A stretch of DNA of 16,000 bases from Trabulsiella odontotermitis. Its GTDB lineage: Bacteria; Pseudomonadota; Gammaproteobacteria; Enterobacterales; Enterobacteriaceae. The notes beneath the pieces are model-generated. The model worked only from the letters and a program-made list of their open reading frames with translations. It was not told the DNA's origin and searched no databases. Each line of letters opens with the position of its first letter. Within the stretch, counting starts at the first letter, position 1. Shown here in pieces: positions 12,638 through 16,000 of the stretch. Made by a program: the position numbers and the translations under genes. The stretch spans positions 7,558-23,557 of the forward strand of contig NZ_LIFX01000007.1 of the NCBI RefSeq assembly GCF_001297775.1, in the 5' to 3' direction.

Positions 12638-14209
12638 TCAGACCGCGCCTGCGCCCTGTAGCCTGAACGAGGCCATCGCTTCAATCAGCTCCTGCGACTG
12701 CTCTTCCAGCGAGCGCGTTGCCGCGGAGGATTGCTGTACCAGCGCGGCGTTCTGCTGAGCGGTTTCATCCATCTGGCTGACGGCGATATTCACCTGCTCA
12801 ATGCCACGACTTTGTTCCTGCGACGCACTGGCGATTTCACGCATCAGCTTGGTCATTCGCAATACTTCGGTGGCGATTTCATCCATCGTTTCACCCGCCT
12901 GCAGCGCCAGATCGCTCCCCTCGCCCACGTGACTGCGGGAATCGCTAATCAGCTGACGAATTTCTTTCGCCGCATCCGCACTGCGGCTCGCCAGAATGCG
13001 CACTTCACCTGCAACCACCGCAAATCCACGCCCCTGCTCACCCGCACGCGCCGCTTCCACCGACGCGTTGAGCGCCAGGATGTTGGTCTGAAACGCGATG
13101 CCGTCGATGACGCTGAGGATGTCGGCAATACGATCGGAACTGCTGGAGATATCGCGCATTTTTTCAATGACGTAGCACACCATTTCGCTGCCGCGATCGG
13201 CGGTGTCAGAGACCGCTTTCGCCAGCTGGTGCGCCTGCTCGGCATTTTCAGCGTTCTGTTTCACCGTCGCGGTGATCTCTTCCATGCTCGCCGCCGTCTG
13301 CTCAAGGGAGGTCGCGGTGGATTCTGTCCGCTGTGCCAGGTGCATGTTACCCGCCGCCAGTTCGCGGCTGCCGGTATCAATTTGTGAGCTGGCGTCACGC
13401 ACCCGCAGCACGGAAGACATCAGCGACTGGCGCATGTCGTCGATAGCCGCGTTGAGGCGGTTAATTTCGTGGCTCGCCTGTTTGTCCGTTTCCCAGGTGA
13501 GATCCCCGGCGGCGACATGTTCCAGTTGAGCGATAGACGCATTCAGCGGCTTGAGCAGCATCTGACGCAGCGCCATCCATGCCAGAACGATCACCCCGGC
13601 CGTCAGCAGTGCGACAATGATGATAAACATCATCACCCGCGTTTTACTGCTCTGCACCGCGCTGACCTCTGCTTTTCCGCGCTGGTCGACCCACTTCTGA
13701 TACGCCTGCATGTCGTTGTCAAACTGGCGGGAAACCGGGATCAGGCTCTTTTCGAGCAGATCGTAATAGCCGTCCGCGCTCTGTTTGTTCAGCGCGTCCA
13801 GCATCGGCTTAATGCCCTGTTCGCTGTAAGCGGCGTAGCTGCCCGCCACCGTTTTCAACAGCTTATCGCCCTGCTCGTCCTGCATCGGCGTGCTGAGCAC
13901 CGCAGCCAACACCTTTTGCGCCTGCGCCACTTCTGTATTGATATTTTTGACCGCTTTAGTGGCGTCATCCAGCATCCCGATTTCCATCAGACGTACCGCC
14001 TGACCGGCTTCGTTACGCGCCCGCAAAATCAGGGTATAGCCTTCATTGAGATGCACCATCTGCTCACCCTGGAGCTGGTTGATGCGCTGCAAAGAGGAGG
14101 AACTTTGAGAGAGGGCATAAATGCCCATGCCGCTCACCAGCAAAAGCAGGAGCGTCATCACGGCGAGTACAGAGAGCAGGCCGGTTCGAATCGATAGCGT
14201 TTTTAGCAT
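12638..14209 (-). CDS. Methyl-accepting chemotaxis protein (4-helix-bundle periplasmic sensor, HAMP, 36-heptad-type signalling domain), ~523 aa
   Basis: The signalling hairpin IADILSVIDGIAFQTNILALNASVEAARAGEQGRGFAVVAGEVR is nearly invariant with Tsr/Tar. Methylation-helix motifs are present: SLEQTAASMEEITATVKQNAENA and QQNAALVQQSSAAT. There are two TM segments. I prefer the start ATG at 14209 (MLKTLSIRTGLL..., like the Tsr start MLKRIKIVTS) over the track's ATG at 14242. The latter lies only ~2-3 nt from the TSS predicted from the sigma-28 promoter and has no SD. Confidence 0.9.
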   Translation of the reverse strand: MLKTLSIRTGLLSVLAVMTLLLLLVSGMGIYALSQSSSSLQRINQLQGEQMVHLNEGYTLILRARNEAGQAVRLMEIGMLDDATKAVKNINTEVAQAQKVLAAVLSTPMQDEQGDKLLKTVAGSYAAYSEQGIKPMLDALNKQSADGYYDLLEKSLIPVSRQFDNDMQAYQKWVDQRGKAEVSAVQSSKTRVMMFIIIVALLTAGVIVLAWMALRQMLLKPLNASIAQLEHVAAGDLTWETDKQASHEINRLNAAIDDMRQSLMSSVLRVRDASSQIDTGSRELAAGNMHLAQRTESTATSLEQTAASMEEITATVKQNAENAEQAHQLAKAVSDTADRGSEMVCYVIEKMRDISSSSDRIADILSVIDGIAFQTNILALNASVEAARAGEQGRGFAVVAGEVRILASRSADAAKEIRQLISDSRSHVGEGSDLALQAGETMDEIATEVLRMTKLMREIASASQEQSRGIEQVNIAVSQMDETAQQNAALVQQSSAATRSLEEQSQELIEAMASFRLQGAGAV

Positions 14210-14251
14210 GATGTTATTTCCGGTAGCAGGGGACTTCGGCATAAAATAAAT

Positions 14252-14278
14252 TTATCGGCGGCTACCGGAAAAAGTTTA
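14252..14278 (-). promoter_or_regulatory. Sigma-28 (FliA) class-3 flagellar promoter for the MCP gene
   Basis: The minus strand reads TAAACTTT-(11 nt)-GCCGATAA against the consensus TAAAGTTT-N11-GCCGATAA: 7/8 and 8/8 matches with exact spacing. Confidence 0.85.
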
Positions 14279-14300
14279 GTTTTAATGCAATTTCAATATG

Positions 14301-15299
14301 TTACCGGGTTGTTGCGTTATTAACCCTCGTGACCGGCGAACTCTGGCGATTCTCCCACAGCACCGTCAGGCCACGCTGCAGGGCAATGAAAATGAACAAC
14401 AAAATGCCGATGGCGATCTTGGTCCACCACGAGCTGAGTGTGCCATCAAAGTTAATATAGGTCTGAATCAGCCCCTGGATTCCCACGCCAAACAGCGTTC
14501 CCAGCACCGTACCGACGCCGCCGCTGAGCAGCGTGCCGCCAATCACCACCGAGGCGATCGCGTCCAGCTCCACGCCAACGCCCGCCAGCGCATAGCCCGC
14601 CTGGGTATACACCGAGAACACAATGCCTGCCAGCGTCGCCAGCCCGGTGGAAAGCATGTAGATGCGAATGGTAGTGCTGCGCGTCGAAATCCCCATCAGG
14701 TTGGCCGACGTCGCGTTGCCGCCGATGGCATACACCTGATTGCCAAAACGGGTGCGGTGAGCGAGGAAAATCCCCACTACGACCACCAGCAACATCAGGA
14801 GCCCCATCGCGCTGAGACGCCCGCCGCCGGGAATCGTCCAGGCCAGATCAGAAAGCGAGTCATACACCGGATGGTTAATCGGGATCGACTCTTCAGAAAC
14901 CAGATAGCTGACACCGCGCAGGAAGAACATCCCGGCAAGGGTGATGATAAACGCCGGGATTTTGAGCGCGTCAATCAACAGCCCCATAAACGCGCCAAAC
15001 GCGCAACCCATCACCAGCACCAGCGGAAACGCCAGCAGCGGGGAGATCCCCCAGAAGCCGATCGCTTTCGCCAGAAAAACCCCGGTGAAAGCGATCACCG
15101 AGCCGACGGAAAGATCTATCCCCCCGGAGAGGATCACGAAGGTCATGCCGACAGCGATGATCCCAAGAAACGCGTTATCGGTCAGGATGTTGCAGATGAC
15201 GCGCGTCGAAGCGAACCCCGGAAACTGCGTCAGACAATAGAGATAGCCAAGGATAAACACCCCGAGCGTAATCATCAGCGGTAAATTACGTTTGATCAT
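14301..15299 (-). CDS. yjfF: Galactofuranose ABC transporter permease YjfF, 332 aa
   Basis: MIKRNLPLMIT.GVF.LGYLYCLTQFPGFASTRVICNILTDNAFLGIIAVGMTFVILSGGIDLSVGS... is collinear with E. coli YjfF. The start overlaps the ytfT stop by 14 nt. Confidence 0.95.
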   Translation of the reverse strand: MIKRNLPLMITLGVFILGYLYCLTQFPGFASTRVICNILTDNAFLGIIAVGMTFVILSGGIDLSVGSVIAFTGVFLAKAIGFWGISPLLAFPLVLVMGCAFGAFMGLLIDALKIPAFIITLAGMFFLRGVSYLVSEESIPINHPVYDSLSDLAWTIPGGGRLSAMGLLMLLVVVVGIFLAHRTRFGNQVYAIGGNATSANLMGISTRSTTIRIYMLSTGLATLAGIVFSVYTQAGYALAGVGVELDAIASVVIGGTLLSGGVGTVLGTLFGVGIQGLIQTYINFDGTLSSWWTKIAIGILLFIFIALQRGLTVLWENRQSSPVTRVNNATTR

Positions 15300-16000
15300 G
15301 GCGGCGGATCCTTTTCAGTATGCTGATAAAAGACGGTGACTGGACGATCAGGACGCAGAGCACCACCACCGCTTTCACCACCTGGTTGAGCTCCGGCGGG
15401 AAGCCGGAAAGCAGGATGCCGGTATTCATACCCTGAATAATCAGCGCCCCGACCACCGACAGCAGCAGGTTAAAACGCCCGCCCATCAGCGAACCGCCAC
15501 CGATAACCACCGCCAGAATGGCGTCCAGCTCCAGCCACAGCCCGGCGTTATTGGCATCAGCGCCGCGAATATCGGCGGCAACGATGGTTCCGGCAATCGC
15601 CGCACACACGCCGCTCAGAACATAAGTCAGCATCACCACAATGCGCGTATTCACCCCGGCGTTTTTTGCGGCGCGAATGTTGATGCCGACCGCTTCAATA
15701 AACATCCCCAGCGCGGTTTTGCGGGTGAACAGCCAGAAGACGATCAGCGTCACCAGGGCGATGATCACCGGCGTCGGGAACAACAGGAATTTGCCGCTGC
15801 CGATCCACGCCAGGTTCGGCGCATCAAAGGTGACGATCTGCCCGGCGGTGATCAGTTGCGCCACGCCGCGTCCGGCGACCATTAAGATCAGCGTGGCGAC
15901 GAAAGGCTGGATTTTCAGTATCGCCACCAGAATGCCGTTCCACAGCCCCGCCAGCACGCCTGTTGCCAGCGTCGCCAGCAGAATAACCGGCAGCGAGTGT
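15286..16000 (-). CDS. ytfT: Galactofuranose ABC transporter permease YtfT, C-terminal ~238 codons (5' end lies beyond the right edge)
   Basis: ...LAGLWNGILVAILKIQPFVATLILMVAGRGVAQLITAGQIVTF... matches E. coli YtfT. The reading frame stays open to position 16000, so the Met at 15957 in the track is internal and not the start. Confidence 0.93.
   Translation of the reverse strand, partial: HSLPVILLATLATGVLAGLWNGILVAILKIQPFVATLILMVAGRGVAQLITAGQIVTFDAPNLAWIGSGKFLLFPTPVIIALVTLIVFWLFTRKTALGMFIEAVGINIRAAKNAGVNTRIVVMLTYVLSGVCAAIAGTIVAADIRGADANNAGLWLELDAILAVVIGGGSLMGGRFNLLLSVVGALIIQGMNTGILLSGFPPELNQVVKAVVVLCVLIVQSPSFISILKRIRRHDQT

Noticed and set aside
14210-14242. The ORF-track start of the MCP at 14242 (MPKSPATGNNI extension).
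   Set aside because: There is no SD. The site lies ~2-3 nt from the TSS implied by the sigma-28 promoter, and homologous receptors start at the equivalent of ATG 14209.
14298-15284. Long plus-strand ORF (328 aa) antisense to yjfF. Similar long antisense ORFs occur at 2264-3175, 3444-4349, 4955-5674, 8333-8914, 10415-11041, 12731-13387 and 13469-14197.
   Set aside because: Each lies entirely opposite a well-supported gene. The translations are low-complexity and rich in Arg/His/Gln/Gly, with no motifs or RBS. These are typical shadow ORFs of GC-rich coding DNA.
1-16000. Searched by eye for CRISPR-like spaced repeats, tandem repeats, IS inverted repeats, integrase/transposase motifs, tRNA/rRNA-like segments, and defence-system hallmarks such as nuclease or ATPase ORFs of unknown context.
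   Set aside because: None was found. All ORFs over 90 aa that are not shadows are accounted for by the genes listed. The only dispersed repeats are the REP/BIME and the two CCCTCT/AGAGGG palindromes.

Overview
This is an Enterobacteriaceae chromosomal window. From about 7.5 kb to 16 kb it carries the conserved backbone I know from E. coli K-12 as ytfT-yjfF / fbp / mpl / yjgA / pmbA / cybC, here in inverted orientation. The proteins are collinear with, but not identical to, the K-12 sequences as I remember them. Two accessory blocks interrupt or flank this backbone. (1) An orphan methyl-accepting chemotaxis protein sits between fbp and yjfF. It has a near-consensus sigma-28 (FliA) promoter and lacks a C-terminal NWETF tether. 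(2) Left of cybC there is a hok/sok-type type I toxin-antitoxin locus that the ORF track misses because the toxin is only 51 aa. It is followed by a tightly packed eight-gene minus-strand operon (6946 -> 1386). The operon order is: stand-alone PRD protein, glycine-rich SFCGS protein, DUF4312-like small protein, two polytopic membrane proteins (DUF4311-like and DUF4310-like), amidohydrolase-superfamily deacylase, DgaE/SelA-like PLP enzyme, and DgaF-type KDGP aldolase. After it come a signal-peptide-bearing beta-propeller lactonase and the first 35 codons of an HTH regulator that runs off the left edge. I consider this operon the most interesting object in the window. It couples a recognisable amino-sugar-acid-phosphate breakdown route to four proteins of unknown function. 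Those four occupy the place where the related Salmonella dga pathway has a mannose-family PTS. The operon has a PRD (PTS-regulation) protein but no recognisable transporter, EII or kinase, so it is a candidate new PTS-like uptake system. I saw no rRNA, tRNA, CRISPR array, IS element, transposase or integrase. All family assignments rest on motif recognition and recall, not on database searches.
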